Shown piece after piece: positions 43,750-54,605 of a stretch of 64,000 nt of DNA. Location: the NCBI GenBank assembly GCA_963706285.1, contig CAVPLU010000013.1, positions 64,001 to 128,000 of the forward strand. Direction: 5' to 3'. This stretch comes from Candidatus Bathyarchaeota archaeon (lineage in GTDB: Archaea > Thermoproteota > Bathyarchaeia > 40CM-2-53-6). The notes below the pieces were generated by a model. That model ran no database searches, was not told the DNA's origin, and saw only the letters and a list, made by a program, of their open reading frames with translations. The translations under genes were made by a program, and so were the position numbers. Position 1 is the stretch's first letter. The number at the start of each line of letters is the position of its first letter.

Positions 43750-44258
43750 TTATCTATCGTATATTGCACGTAGAACGCCCCTTTCAGTCCCTACTTTCGT
43801 TCGTTACCCTTACTTCGTCGGTTAGATCGGCGACCGAAAGGATGCGAGTGAACGTGAACAGTCTATACCATGTCGGCAGGAGACATAATAAGCTACTTGC
43901 TGTCGCGTCCGTTCGCCGTGCGCTGAGACTTGCCACCTTCTCCCTGTCCCTTTGTTCGCTCTACTATCGGCCAGAGGTCACCTGACAACCTCACCACAGA
44001 TGAGGTATAGGAAGGCGGCCTCATGTTCACCTTTGAATTTGACGAGCATTTGCAGCCAGGGATGCTCGCACCTGTAAGATTGCGGAATCGAAGTCATGCG
44101 GACGAGGATTGTTCGACTCCCCCACCCATGGAACTTGAGTCTCGGACACGTGGTGACTCTTCATTCCCGCGCACAAGAAAAGTGAGAAAGAGTCAGTCAG
44201 ATACTTAGTGCCTCGAGGTTTCTTGCGAAGAAAAGGAATGTGCTGATAACAGAAAAAA

Positions 44259-44807
44259 CTAGTCTCGTCTCCACTTGATGGAGCATCCGAACGGTCTAGT
44301 TTCAGCTACGGAAGCCTTCTTTCCCGCCGTGATGGCGTCGAGAGCGTTCCTAAGATCATGCGTCGTCACTTTGGAGGAGTCCCTGTTATCATCAATGCGG
44401 CCGTGGTAGACAAGCTTCCTAGCCTTGTCGAAAACGAAGGTTTCAGGTGTGCATACGGCGGAGAGCGCTCTAGCTAGGGATTGATCCTCGTCTCTAATGT
44501 AAGGAAAATTGAATCCTTTTTCCTTTGCTCGTTTGATCATATTCTCGTAGCTGTCCTCCGGATAGTCCTTGTCATAGTTCGAATTCACGGCAACGAAGCC
44601 GACGCCTCGATCCATGTAGTCACGCTGGATGGCGATCATGCGATCCTCGTACGCCTGCACGTAAGGACAATGATTGCATGAGAGAATCAGGACCATTGTT
44701 GGGACATCTGCAAAGCTGGCGAGAGAATACCTCTTACCGTCAGTTCCGAGTAGGTCACGGAAGTCCGGTATCGTTTCTCCGATCTTCAATGCGTTCACAC
44801 TAGTCAA
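44259..44807 (-). CDS. Thioredoxin-family (AhpC/TSA-like) protein
   Basis: CNHCPYV, YHGRIDD, GCSIKW. Confidence 0.9.
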   Translation of the reverse strand: MTSVNALKIGETIPDFRDLLGTDGKRYSLASFADVPTMVLILSCNHCPYVQAYEDRMIAIQRDYMDRGVGFVAVNSNYDKDYPEDSYENMIKRAKEKGFNFPYIRDEDQSLARALSAVCTPETFVFDKARKLVYHGRIDDNRDSSKVTTHDLRNALDAITAGKKASVAETRPFGCSIKWRRD

Positions 44808-44996
44808 TCCGGGTAGGATGGAAATGAATCATTCCGCCTCCCCACAGACATTTCTCCCCCTCACTCAGACGATTTGCCCTGCACACCAAAGGAGCTTGTT
44901 TCTTGGCACATTAGCGACTTGTGAAGCGATTTTCAATAGGATAATTCCGCTCCTAGCGAGGAGGAGTGTCACTGACGACCGCCATTAGGTTGGGGC

Positions 44997-45446
44997 TCAT
45001 CTTCTCAGACGTGACGTAATCGAATGATTAGGCGGACCCCTCTTCGCTGACGAGCCGACCGCTAGTCTCTCCATGTACTTCTCGATATTCTCAATTCCCA
45101 CGACCTCCGATCGAGCGAGAGCTTTCAACTGCTTCCAGATCTCGACGTTCGCCTTCACACGCAGGTGCGATAGCTCCGTGCGAAGCCGCCATGCAAGCGC
45201 TCTTCCTTCCTTGTCGAAATCAGTCAAGATTATCACTTCTGAGTGGACTGCAATAGAGTCTAGGAAATCAACAAGTCCCAAGCGTCGAGACTTGGCGCAA
45301 AATATCGGCCCCGAAATTCCTAATTTACGGAGCGTCTTAACGTCATTTGGACCTTCGACGACAACCGGGATTCCTCGACTCGAGTGCGAAACAACGACTT
45401 CTATGAGTTCTTTAACCGCTTCAAGGCGTCGTTCTTGAGCGCTCAA
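44997..45446 (-). CDS. Small TOPRIM-domain protein
   Basis: VVEGPND, ILTDFDKEG. Confidence 0.88.
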   Translation of the reverse strand: MSAQERRLEAVKELIEVVVSHSSRGIPVVVEGPNDVKTLRKLGISGPIFCAKSRRLGLVDFLDSIAVHSEVIILTDFDKEGRALAWRLRTELSHLRVKANVEIWKQLKALARSEVVGIENIEKYMERLAVGSSAKRGPPNHSITSRLRR

Positions 45447-45460
45447 TTCGCACTTGGGTC

Positions 45461-46594
45461 CTACCGGGTGATTTCCAAGCTCATGACACGCCTGAGCAGT
45501 TCAGGGTCTTTCCCAAGTTCACGTCTTACACCCTCAAGCCTTCTCGATAGTCCGTCGGCAACTGCGTCTTTAAGATCCTGAGGATGAAGCTGGCCAAGCT
45601 CGTATGCCTTCTTGAGCTCTTGATAATCGTCAAATCTGACGTTTCCTCCGTACTTGAGCGGCCTTTGGATTTCGAGGCTACCCACCTGAGGCAACAGGAC
45701 TAGTTGAACGATTTCTAGTACGGGATTGTTCTGAGTCTCCTTGGACGGGCAATATGCGGATCTCATTTTCTTCTTGATCTCCTCCGGTTCTTCATGAACC
45801 AGAATTGCGGTTCCAGGAATGCTTTTCGCCATCTTTGACCCAATTTCGGAGTTGTACTCAGGATTCTCATCAAGGTCGTTTGCGGTGGCTGCAGTTGCGA
45901 CGGTTTGGGATTTGCCGGCAAGGCCCGGCAGGAGAGGCGTGTGTACCGAAACTGGCTTTCTTCTCTGCAGTTTCTGAGCGGATTCCCGAGCTATAATGTG
46001 TGCCTTCCTCTGATCAATTCCCGCGCAAGCGATATCAAGATCCATCTGAAATATGTCCGCAGCTTGCATGCAGGGATAAAGCAACGCTGCTGTTTCAATG
46101 TCTTCCACGTCCATTTGTCGCCCCATTATCGGAAGTGCCCTGAGCATTCTCTTAGTTGAATTTGATTTGGCTATTCTGATTACTTTCTCCCAGTAGTCGA
46201 GAGCACCTTCAACCTCAGAGCCCAATCGATATGTGACCTTATCTCCGGTGAGTCCGAGTCCAATGAAACATTTCCTGAAATATTCGGCGCATAACCGGAT
46301 GTTGTCAAGATTGGCGCCGAGTTTGTTATTGATCCATGCGTGCCAATCCGCGAGGAAGACCGTGAAATTGCAGCCCGCGTCCACCATGTCTTTGATCTTA
46401 CCTCCGCAGACTAGCCCCGTTCCGATGTGCATGCCCCCGCTCGGCTCGAAGCCCCAGTAGGCTTTTGGGGCAACTGTTGTTTCCAAGAGTTGTCTGAGTT
46501 CGTCGCCTGTGATAATCTCTTCTGTACCTCTTGAGATAAGTTGTAGTCGTTGCTCCGCATCCAATGTGTAGACTCTCGCATGGAAGGTTTGCAC
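45461..46594 (-). CDS. tyrS: Tyrosine--tRNA ligase
   Basis: YWGFEPSG.MHIG, YPCMQAAD, KMAKS. Confidence 0.95.
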   Translation of the reverse strand: MQTFHARVYTLDAEQRLQLISRGTEEIITGDELRQLLETTVAPKAYWGFEPSGGMHIGTGLVCGGKIKDMVDAGCNFTVFLADWHAWINNKLGANLDNIRLCAEYFRKCFIGLGLTGDKVTYRLGSEVEGALDYWEKVIRIAKSNSTKRMLRALPIMGRQMDVEDIETAALLYPCMQAADIFQMDLDIACAGIDQRKAHIIARESAQKLQRRKPVSVHTPLLPGLAGKSQTVATAATANDLDENPEYNSEIGSKMAKSIPGTAILVHEEPEEIKKKMRSAYCPSKETQNNPVLEIVQLVLLPQVGSLEIQRPLKYGGNVRFDDYQELKKAYELGQLHPQDLKDAVADGLSRRLEGVRRELGKDPELLRRVMSLEITR

Positions 46595-46620
46595 GTAGAC
46601 CTCTTAAATGATAAGCTCAG

Positions 46621-46755
46621 GTTTCACCGCGGGCAAGAGTCCAGGGTTACCCGAGCTCCCGCCCTGTCGCCCACGACACTAACACGCGAACTTCATCGAG
46701 GGGCGTCGCCCCACTTGGTCGGCTCTCTCGGGGGTGGGCTGTTTCTGGTGCCTGC
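46621..46755 (-). ncRNA. Candidate structured RNA (H/ACA-like or tyrS leader)
   Basis: GC-rich intergenic stems GCCCAC/GTGGGC followed by GACA; GGGCGGGAG/CTCTTGCCC with G-U pairs on the minus strand; GATGA motif. Confidence 0.45.
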
Positions 46756-46782
46756 AGAGAATATGTTCTCAGCTGAATTAGA

Positions 46783-48483
46783 TTAAGGGTTCGTTGCTGC
46801 AATGTGCAATGTCCGCGTGTTCAGCTCAAACGCAGCGGCGGGGTTCTGGATTCCCCAGTTCTCTAGGACTTGGGGATGAATCTCACCCATGATTCCTACC
46901 TGTGCCTCTCCAACACGTATTGCAGCTGCACGTCCGTTCACGAAGCTTCCATGCTCTAGATCGGTAACCTGAGCGCTCAGACCAAGGTTCGTGAGCAAGG
47001 CATCGATACAAGCTCTTGCTTCGGTGAATGAGGCCTCGGCGTGGCATGTGATGCCTGCAACTTTTGTGATTTCTTGGACGCCGGACCCATCTCGTATAAC
47101 GCAGTCGCCCGTCTCGAAGATCTTCTGAGGGTACGTAACATGAACATTGGCTGCCAGAATCTCCATTAGGCTTGGGATCAGCCAGTCTCTAAGACACGTT
47201 AGGGTCTGTACGCGTGGATTCTGGAGGTCAACAACATTTTCTGGTAACAAGTTCATTCGCTTGAAGAGTTTTTCCGGGTTGGAGAGAGTGAATGTGAGTA
47301 CTTCCTGGAAGCCTAGTCCGAGCATTATTTCGCGCAGCAGATCGTTGAACTCTTGTTGTCTCGTCATGCCGCCAATCGTGGGGTGCGAAGGCCATCTTGG
47401 CTTGATTCGGTTGAGGCCATAGACAATGCCGATGTCTTCAATGACATCAACGGGATGCATAATGTCCAACCGGTAACAGGGCACGATCACATTCAATGCG
47501 TTTTGTGATTTTCCGGACGCGCCGAATCTTGCTTTGCGCAGCAATTTCACTGCCTGAGCGACGGTTAAGTCAATTCCAAGTATTCTCTTCATGTAGTCTA
47601 GTTCAATTCTCACGTGACCTGTTCTCAGCGTGGGCGTCATTGCACTCTTCGTCTTGCCATACGGGTAGTGAACAATGCTCGAATAGATACTGCCGCCGCG
47701 ATCGGCCAGACTGATGGTCACCATCATGAGCGCGTTCAACACTACATCGAGCGATGTGCCGGTGACTTCGACAAGCACATTGTGTGTCTGAGGAGTGATC
47801 CGGCCGAGATCGTTCGAGTTTATGATTGGAGGAAAGGAAAGCACGTTTCCTCTCGAGTCAAGCAGGATAGGCCACAAGGGATTCAGTTCCACAATGTGTC
47901 CGTACTGAATTCCTTTGGGATGTTTGACTAGGATCTCCCGAAGACTCATTCGCTCATTTGTTCCAAGAGGAATGAAGCTAATCTCCTCCGGTCTAGCTAC
48001 AGCGTATCTGAGTGGCGGAGCTATCAGATCGAAGTCGTAGAGTCCGATTGATGATCTCTTCCTTCCTCGACCGTAGCTCTCATCGAGCTTGTCCTGGAGA
48101 TGCATGAGGCCTCGGATTGCAGCGTCCGAAAGCCGAACGCTCTTCACTACCGAGCAGCCGATGAATGGCCTGATTTTCTGCAGGCGAGGGTCAACCGTGA
48201 TTGTTACGCCAGAAGGGCCCGCTATTGTGTAAGTCTTAGGCCCGGTCTCAAGCCCAAGAAACCCCCGCAGGGCCCTCGCTATACCTTCTGGCGACCACAG
48301 GTCTGGTCGATTGGTATCCTTGTTCTCAAGACTGAGCTCCTCAACTCCGCTCTCTTCAGAGATCGTGCGCGTTACATCGCACTTGATCTGATGAAAAATT
48401 TCATTCAGAGCATTGATATCTGTTGGCAACTTGCCGCGGAGCAACTCTTCGAGGTCTTCCTGCTCTACTGATATGGTGACCAT
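46783..48483 (-). CDS. pheT: Phenylalanine--tRNA ligase beta subunit
   Basis: NRPDLWSPEGIAR, SFPPIINS, YRLDIMHPVDVIED. Confidence 0.96.
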   Translation of the reverse strand: MVTISVEQEDLEELLRGKLPTDINALNEIFHQIKCDVTRTISEESGVEELSLENKDTNRPDLWSPEGIARALRGFLGLETGPKTYTIAGPSGVTITVDPRLQKIRPFIGCSVVKSVRLSDAAIRGLMHLQDKLDESYGRGRKRSSIGLYDFDLIAPPLRYAVARPEEISFIPLGTNERMSLREILVKHPKGIQYGHIVELNPLWPILLDSRGNVLSFPPIINSNDLGRITPQTHNVLVEVTGTSLDVVLNALMMVTISLADRGGSIYSSIVHYPYGKTKSAMTPTLRTGHVRIELDYMKRILGIDLTVAQAVKLLRKARFGASGKSQNALNVIVPCYRLDIMHPVDVIEDIGIVYGLNRIKPRWPSHPTIGGMTRQQEFNDLLREIMLGLGFQEVLTFTLSNPEKLFKRMNLLPENVVDLQNPRVQTLTCLRDWLIPSLMEILAANVHVTYPQKIFETGDCVIRDGSGVQEITKVAGITCHAEASFTEARACIDALLTNLGLSAQVTDLEHGSFVNGRAAAIRVGEAQVGIMGEIHPQVLENWGIQNPAAAFELNTRTLHIAATNP

Positions 48484-48484
48484 T

Positions 48485-50011
48485 CTAGACTAGCTCCTGC
48501 TTCCTCAGCCAATTGAGGTCTTGAGAGAAGAGCGTGCGCATGTCGTCGATTCCGGCCTTCATCATGAAAAGGCGCTCGACACCTAGGCCCCAGGCTATCA
48601 CTGGCACTTCAATTCCGAGCGGGATAGTGAGTTCCGGTCGGAAGATGCCGGACCCTCCAAACTCAAACCAGCCCACTCCTTCTTTGTATGCCTGAAGCTC
48701 AACGCTAGGTTCTGTGAACGGGAAATAGTCTGGATTGAACTTGACTTTGTCCGCGCCAGCTATGTCTAATGCAAATTTCTCTAATACACCCAGCAAATCT
48801 CTGAGGGTTAGATCCTCACCGACGACTATTCCTTCAACTTGATTGAATTCTGTAAGATGCGTCCTGTCGACTTTGTCTGGGCGGAAGCACCTAGCTATCG
48901 AGAAGTACTTGCCTGGGATCTGCAACTCCTTGCTGACTAGGGTTCTTGCACTCTCGGCGGTCCCGTGGCTTCTAAGAACCAGCCGAGAAGCTTCGGTCGT
49001 GGAGTAGGGGGCTCTCCAGCCTGTTGATCCCGTCTTCCAGCCGTTCTCATGCGTCTCCTTCACGTTGTCAAGAAACGCAGCGAAGGGTGCAGAGTCTCCA
49101 TGCTCCGGCGATTTTACCAGGTATATGTCGTGGACCTCGCGTGCCGGATGATCTTGGGGCATGTAAAGCGCGTCGCAGTTGAAGAACATTGATTCAACGA
49201 TGGGGCCTGTCATCTCTCTGAAGCCGAGTGCGATTAGCTTCCACTTGAGTTCGTCTAGGAATCGTCTGTATGGTTGTTTCTTGCCTGGCCAATATGGAGC
49301 TACTTCGGCTTGCACATCATACTTTCTCAGTGTGTTTTGACGCCAGCTTCCTGTGGCCAACATTTCAGGTGTTAGGCTGCTGGTCTCGTGCTGAACTGCA
49401 ATTCCTTGCTTCACGAGGCTCATGCCCTCCGGCGTGATCGATACGACCTTGTCTGCTCGCTCGCGGAGGGTCAATAGCCTTCTCTGCTTCAAGACTTGAA
49501 GCTCAACCTTATCCGCGGAATCTAGGGCGGACAAATCGGTTCCTTCAGATTCCGAGAGTGTGTGAAGCACTTTCTCGTCGTTTGATACCTCAGCTACTTT
49601 CTCCGCGATTATCATCGTCGCTCCGTCGGACTTTTCGAGCTTAGCCCAGCCCTTCTTCTTGAGCCATCCATAGACCACCGGAAGCATATCCGCTGGCACC
49701 TGTGCCAGATGGGCTGCCTCGGATGCTTCCATTCTCCCTCCGTGATCGACTACCGTTTTGACGATCCTGCGCTCGGGCAATCCTCTCTGCGAGTAGTCTC
49801 GACCTTCTGTTGTAAGAGAGGCTAGTGAAACAGGTTCGTCCTTGACCAATGCGTAGCCTCGCTCGGCGAGTGCAAGGGCCGCTCGTATCACGGCGGCTTC
49901 CTCAAGTCCGGTTTCGGCTGCAACCTCCACCGACTTGGACGGCCTTTCTAGCTTTCCGAGTGCTTGAAGAGTTCTAGCTTCATGATCTCTGAGTTCTATC
50001 ACAGTCACCAC
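48485..50011 (-). CDS. pheS: Phenylalanine--tRNA ligase alpha subunit
   Basis: PQDHPARE, THLTEFNQ, YFPFTEPS, GSGIFRPE. Confidence 0.96.
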   Translation of the reverse strand: MVTVIELRDHEARTLQALGKLERPSKSVEVAAETGLEEAAVIRAALALAERGYALVKDEPVSLASLTTEGRDYSQRGLPERRIVKTVVDHGGRMEASEAAHLAQVPADMLPVVYGWLKKKGWAKLEKSDGATMIIAEKVAEVSNDEKVLHTLSESEGTDLSALDSADKVELQVLKQRRLLTLRERADKVVSITPEGMSLVKQGIAVQHETSSLTPEMLATGSWRQNTLRKYDVQAEVAPYWPGKKQPYRRFLDELKWKLIALGFREMTGPIVESMFFNCDALYMPQDHPAREVHDIYLVKSPEHGDSAPFAAFLDNVKETHENGWKTGSTGWRAPYSTTEASRLVLRSHGTAESARTLVSKELQIPGKYFSIARCFRPDKVDRTHLTEFNQVEGIVVGEDLTLRDLLGVLEKFALDIAGADKVKFNPDYFPFTEPSVELQAYKEGVGWFEFGGSGIFRPELTIPLGIEVPVIAWGLGVERLFMMKAGIDDMRTLFSQDLNWLRKQELV

Positions 50012-50231
50012 TCACTGTTTCGAATCGCTTCTGTTTGAACTTCTGGAGCTGACACGTGTTTGGGCGAGATCTCGGCTCCTGACGTAGCCTGCAATTAGTG
50101 GCGTATTCAGCGGCCGGCAGGGAGCGTGAAAACGCAGTCACCGTCATCGTTGCTCCCGCATCTCATCATTAATCTCCGGAAACGTTCGTGCCCGTAGGTA
50201 CCTTTGGAACGATATATTAGTCATGCCAGAT

Positions 50232-51380
50232 TCATTCCGGTAAATCCAGGCCCTTCTTCTCAGCGAGGAATTCGTCCACATGGTCCTTTGCTCTCTCTCG
50301 CTTCGCTTGATGTTCACGGAGAAAAGGTTTCACGCGTTGAACAAGCATCTGCTTGCAATCTCCGCACAATAAGTGACCTGACATGCAGTTTCTGCGAAGC
50401 TGTTCAATCTCCTTGTCATCATCCATGAAAAGGAAATACTCATAGTAGTAGATCGGGCATATGTCTGGATTCGCGCCTAGCCGCCTCTGCTCCTCCACGG
50501 TGGCTCGCCCTCCTGTGAACGCATTCATTACTTTTCGCTCTGCAACCTCAGGTGCATCCGTTGTGAATATCGCCGTCTCCGGCATTGAGGCCGACATTTT
50601 TCCTCCCTTACCTAGGCCCGGCAGGAACTTCGAATGTATCTGGGCAGGCTTTGGAAATCCAAGTTTCGGAGCCACATCCCTAGTAATCCTCCAGTATGGA
50701 TCCTGATCGATCGCTGCTGGTATAAGACAGGGGACGCTCTTGCCGCTTGTAGCAGATGGGAGAAAGGCAGGTACCGACTGAACTGCTGGGAAGAATATGA
50801 TGCCGATATTGGAGCTATCTTGGAAACCGAATACCGCTTTGACAGTCGAAAAGGTCATGTGTTTTGCGACTTTGATAGCTATTTCATAGAGGCGCTGCAT
50901 GTTCTTGAGATCTGAAATGATCACTGTTCTCTTTGGATCGAACCCCATTGCTATTATGTCCAGTATGTTCTCGTACGTCCAGTGATGCGAATCATCAATG
51001 CTAGCTTCCTGACGGAACAGAAATTTCTCATCGTCAGTCAACTGAAAGAAGAGGTTCGCTTTGAAGACATCTTGGAGATGCTTTGTGAATACCCACGGAA
51101 CGATGTGTCCGATATGTACTGGACCTGATGGTCCCCTGCCGGTGTAGAGTGCGAACTTATGCCCCTTTTCGTATTCGTCCAGAATCCAATTCAGGTCCCT
51201 GTGAGAGAAGAATATCTTTCTGCGGAGCTGAGTATGTAGCGTTCCTGCGTGCTTCCGGACGCGCTCTAGCAGTTCAATCGTTATTGGTTCAACGCCAAAC
51301 TCACGGGTGAGCTTGTCATAGTCGATTTTCCCCGAGACTTCCCAAGGGGTTACTATCATTTCCTCGTTATTGTTTGACAG
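50232..51380 (-). CDS. trpS: Tryptophan--tRNA ligase (start at CTG 51380 or ATG 51359)
   Basis: VTPWEV, YTGRGPS..HIGH, IDQDPYW, KMSAS. Confidence 0.96.
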   Translation of the reverse strand: MSNNNEEMIVTPWEVSGKIDYDKLTREFGVEPITIELLERVRKHAGTLHTQLRRKIFFSHRDLNWILDEYEKGHKFALYTGRGPSGPVHIGHIVPWVFTKHLQDVFKANLFFQLTDDEKFLFRQEASIDDSHHWTYENILDIIAMGFDPKRTVIISDLKNMQRLYEIAIKVAKHMTFSTVKAVFGFQDSSNIGIIFFPAVQSVPAFLPSATSGKSVPCLIPAAIDQDPYWRITRDVAPKLGFPKPAQIHSKFLPGLGKGGKMSASMPETAIFTTDAPEVAERKVMNAFTGGRATVEEQRRLGANPDICPIYYYEYFLFMDDDKEIEQLRRNCMSGHLLCGDCKQMLVQRVKPFLREHQAKRERAKDHVDEFLAEKKGLDLPE

Positions 51381-51490
51381 CGATAGCCTCTCCAAGATTC
51401 CAATTACTTCATCAGTTCTAGCGCGGTCTTGCTGATCTCCCAACCCTAAATATAATGCAAGCGATAGCAATCTATTCATTTCAGGGGATT

Positions 51491-52399
51491 GTGCAACTGA
51501 TTTCCAAGGACGAGCTTGAAGCATACAGGCGAGGCGGGCAAATCATCTCACAGCTTCGAAAGACCGTGCCTACGTTCGTACACGAGGGCGGGCTTATCCT
51601 TGAGCTGTGCGAACGGGTTGAGGCAGAGATTATCTCTCTCGGAGGGCAGCCTGCCTTTCCGTGCAACGTCAGCATCAACGAAGTGGCTGCTCATTACACA
51701 TCACCTTGGGAGGATCCAAGTGTACTGCCAAAGGATTCCGTCATAAAAGTCGATTTTGGGGTGCACATAGATGGTTACATCAATGATTCAGCTGTCACCG
51801 TCTCGCTTAGCCCGATCCATCGTTCGATGATTGAAGTGGCTGAGGAAGCGCTTCGTGCTGGAATCACGAGAATCGCCCATGGCGTCCGATTCTCCGAAAT
51901 CGGAGAACAAATCGAGAAGACGATACTACAATACGGCTGTAAACCAATCCAAAACCTAACAGGGCACAAAGTGGAGCGCTACACAATCCATGCCGGCCGA
52001 TCGGTCCCGAATGTTTCTGGACCAATACCGGGGCGTTTCCAGACAGGCGATGTCTATGCAATTGAACCCTTCGTCACCTTAAAGGATGCAGCCGGAAGAG
52101 TTGAGGATTCTGCCGAGATGTACATCTACAGGGCGGTCAAAGAAAGAGGGGCACAGTCTGAATCAGCCAAGAGGATCGTGGAGCATGTTCGGAGAACGTA
52201 TAGAACCTTGCCTTTTGCATCCAGATGGCTGTACGCGTCATTAGGCAGGGATATTGTTGAGACCGGCTTTCCTGAGGCTGTTAACGCGAAATGCATCTCC
52301 GGATACTCTGTATTGGTTGAAGCAAGCGGCAGGGTCGTGACGCAAGCCGAGCATACGGTTGTGGTTAAAGAGAACGGCTGCGAGGTCTTGACGATCTAG
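51491..52399 (+). CDS. map: Methionine aminopeptidase type II
   Basis: AFPCN.S.NEVAAHY, DFGVHIDG, NLTGH, AIEPF, QAEHT. Confidence 0.95.
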   Translation: MQLISKDELEAYRRGGQIISQLRKTVPTFVHEGGLILELCERVEAEIISLGGQPAFPCNVSINEVAAHYTSPWEDPSVLPKDSVIKVDFGVHIDGYINDSAVTVSLSPIHRSMIEVAEEALRAGITRIAHGVRFSEIGEQIEKTILQYGCKPIQNLTGHKVERYTIHAGRSVPNVSGPIPGRFQTGDVYAIEPFVTLKDAAGRVEDSAEMYIYRAVKERGAQSESAKRIVEHVRRTYRTLPFASRWLYASLGRDIVETGFPEAVNAKCISGYSVLVEASGRVVTQAEHTVVVKENGCEVLTI

Positions 52400-52797
52400 G
52401 AACGATTCTTGGCGGGTTCTTCAGCATATATCGAGTCGACACGCATTGTTCCGTTGCACTGCTGACATTTGCCTACTTCTTTGTATACGAAATCGCCTTC
52501 TGAGAAGCCCCGTACCACCTTGAATCCGCAGCTTGCACAGAGGACCACGGAGAGCACCTTTACCGCAAGGTTCCGCAGCAGTATGACTCTTCTTCGCATC
52601 TGCATGATCGAAGATACAGCTAGCACAATTGCCACTGAACTGGCGGCTGCGTAGAAGTAGAAGCTATCCATGTTGCCTTGTTGTTGGAAGCTGAAGGCGG
52701 AATACATTGCCCAAATGGCCCATGCGAGTATTATGATGCTGAATATTACCATCAGGTAACTGTACATGCTATTCTTCTTTGCTTCCACATCCGTCAC
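52396..52797 (-). CDS. Membrane protein with C-terminal Zn-ribbon
   Basis: Two TMs; CASCG...F.EGDFV...CQQC. Confidence 0.75.
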   Translation of the reverse strand: MTDVEAKKNSMYSYLMVIFSIIILAWAIWAMYSAFSFQQQGNMDSFYFYAAASSVAIVLAVSSIMQMRRRVILLRNLAVKVLSVVLCASCGFKVVRGFSEGDFVYKEVGKCQQCNGTMRVDSIYAEEPAKNRS

Positions 52798-53976
52798 CTA
52801 CTGTGCGATACCCACTGTGTTCCCGATGCCGGCAACGATTACCAATTCGCCTTCCTTCGTTCTTTCCTGGATAAGGACCTTGATTCTCTGAATGACGCCC
52901 TCCGCGGCTTCAGCAATCTCCTTCTTCATTGGCGTAATTGCCTCCTGAATGCTCTGCTTGACTATGACCGCGTAGACCGGAATCTTGTACTTCGTAGCCT
53001 CCTCCTCGATCTTGAATCGTTCCGTTCCAACTCCCCCAATTGCTGCTCCGATACCTTCTGTTATCTCTCCGGTCTTTTCGCCTTCGAATTTCAATGCGGC
53101 ATCGACCATTATGACCATTGCAACCTTCCCATTGTTTTCCTCAATGACAGTTCGAATTGCATCTCCAGGCTTGCCGACGTTGCCTCCGGGGCCTTTTGCC
53201 TTCAAGGCTATGACACGACGCCCTTCCATCGTTGTTTCTGCAACCATGACATCCTTGTCGACCTCGCGCTTCTCGTGGTCTCTCATCAGTCTCGCCGCCA
53301 CCAACGCGCCGGCTCCATCTCCGACCGGTTGACCTTGGGCGAAGGCTTTTGCAGCACCTGAGTATGCTTCTGCCTCCTGCATGATCATGGGGAGAAGCAT
53401 CTGGAGCTGAAGTATCACATAGAAACTTGAAGTCTTCTTTCCAAGAAGATAGAAGTGTCTAACTATCTTGTAGAGTAGATTGAGTGCCCAAGATGCCTCG
53501 ACCAAGTTCTCGAGGTTGTTTGACTGTGCATCTGTCGCTTCTGGAGCAATTTTCTTTACATCTGATTTGAACTTTAGATCACGCACATCCAATAGATGGT
53601 CAAGCTTCCCAATTACTCCAGCTGGATCGAGAGCAACTGGATCTATGAAGAACTGCTCAAGAAGGCCAGAGAGCGCAGGGGATGGATCATCCTTCGGTTT
53701 TCCAATCTCCTTGATTGTACGAAGAGCCAGAGCCTTCGCATCATTCTTGATGAATTCAAGTTTCCTGACAGCTCCGTCCAGCTGGAGGATCGCGATCCGG
53801 CTCTGTATCTGCTGACCAAAGAAAAAGGAGGCAAATATCATCCCGAATATAACGAGATTCATCAGATTCGAAAGAGTACTGTTTCCTCCTGTCGGGGCGA
53901 GCTGAAGCGCCAGGTCAAATATCAAATCAGTATCCTCAATCAATCGGGCACTACAATTAGGCGGCGTTATAAACAT
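52798..53976 (-). CDS. DUF1512 family protein
   Basis: PVALDPAG, PVGDGAG, KAKGPGGNVG, VDAALKFEGE, GIGNTVG; true start probably ~60 nt downstream. Confidence 0.85.
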   Translation of the reverse strand: MFITPPNCSARLIEDTDLIFDLALQLAPTGGNSTLSNLMNLVIFGMIFASFFFGQQIQSRIAILQLDGAVRKLEFIKNDAKALALRTIKEIGKPKDDPSPALSGLLEQFFIDPVALDPAGVIGKLDHLLDVRDLKFKSDVKKIAPEATDAQSNNLENLVEASWALNLLYKIVRHFYLLGKKTSSFYVILQLQMLLPMIMQEAEAYSGAAKAFAQGQPVGDGAGALVAARLMRDHEKREVDKDVMVAETTMEGRRVIALKAKGPGGNVGKPGDAIRTVIEENNGKVAMVIMVDAALKFEGEKTGEITEGIGAAIGGVGTERFKIEEEATKYKIPVYAVIVKQSIQEAITPMKKEIAEAAEGVIQRIKVLIQERTKEGELVIVAGIGNTVGIAQ

Positions 53977-54005
53977 TCATCGATAGTTCTGATAAGAAAG
54001 GTGAT

Positions 54006-54132
54006 GGGGTTGGCAGCTGTCCAAGTTTCGCGTGGCCTTGCGGAACACACTACTGCCTGAATCGCCTGGGAGATTCACTTCCGTGTTCGGAATGGGAACG
54101 GGTCCTAGCTCCCAGCTATGGCCGCCAGCTCC
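54006..54132 (-). rRNA. rrf: 5S rRNA (stand-alone)
   Basis: GGCGGCCATAGC...ACCCGTTCCCATTCCGAACACGGAAGTGAA...GCGAAAC...GCTGCC. Confidence 0.95.
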
Positions 54133-54605
54133 GATAAGGAGCTTCGCCGACGCATAATTAAACATTGAGGGAGGGTTTTGCGTGACAACTTTCTTCGTCT
54201 ATTTGGAGTTCGACGTTTCGCCTGATAACGTGTTTTTGTGGCATCGACCGGAATCCGTGCTTCAAGTCGTGAGTCCGCTAGACGACGAGAGGTTGGGCGT
54301 TGTAAAGAAAACAGAAATGGTGGCCCGGGGGAAACCTTACGGCTCCATCTAATATCCACTTAATGACTTCTCTGACATCTTCTTCAAGGCTCGCATTTAG
54401 TAACTCTTTCCTTGGCATTTCCAAGAAGCCATCACACATAGCCGTCTTCCGTTCTTCCTCGTAACCCATTCAGTCCTAGACTGCGGAGCTAAGACACCTA
54501 AGAATATTATCGGAACTGCAAAGATTCTTATGAGAATACTTTCTTGCTCCAAACTTATATTATGTGAATACCGGACTTGCGGCAATAACTCAAGCTGGTT
54601 ACGAG

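Noticed and set aside
46621-46755. T-box riboswitch for tyrS, or RNase P specificity-domain fragment
   Set aside because: No UGGNACC T-box or UAC specifier. The CAGAAAC/GTGAAAC resemblance lacks the catalytic-domain flanks.
54140-54605. SAM riboswitch upstream of metK; small ORF 54278..54469
   Set aside because: No SAM-I core motifs seen; the ORF has no recognisable homology.
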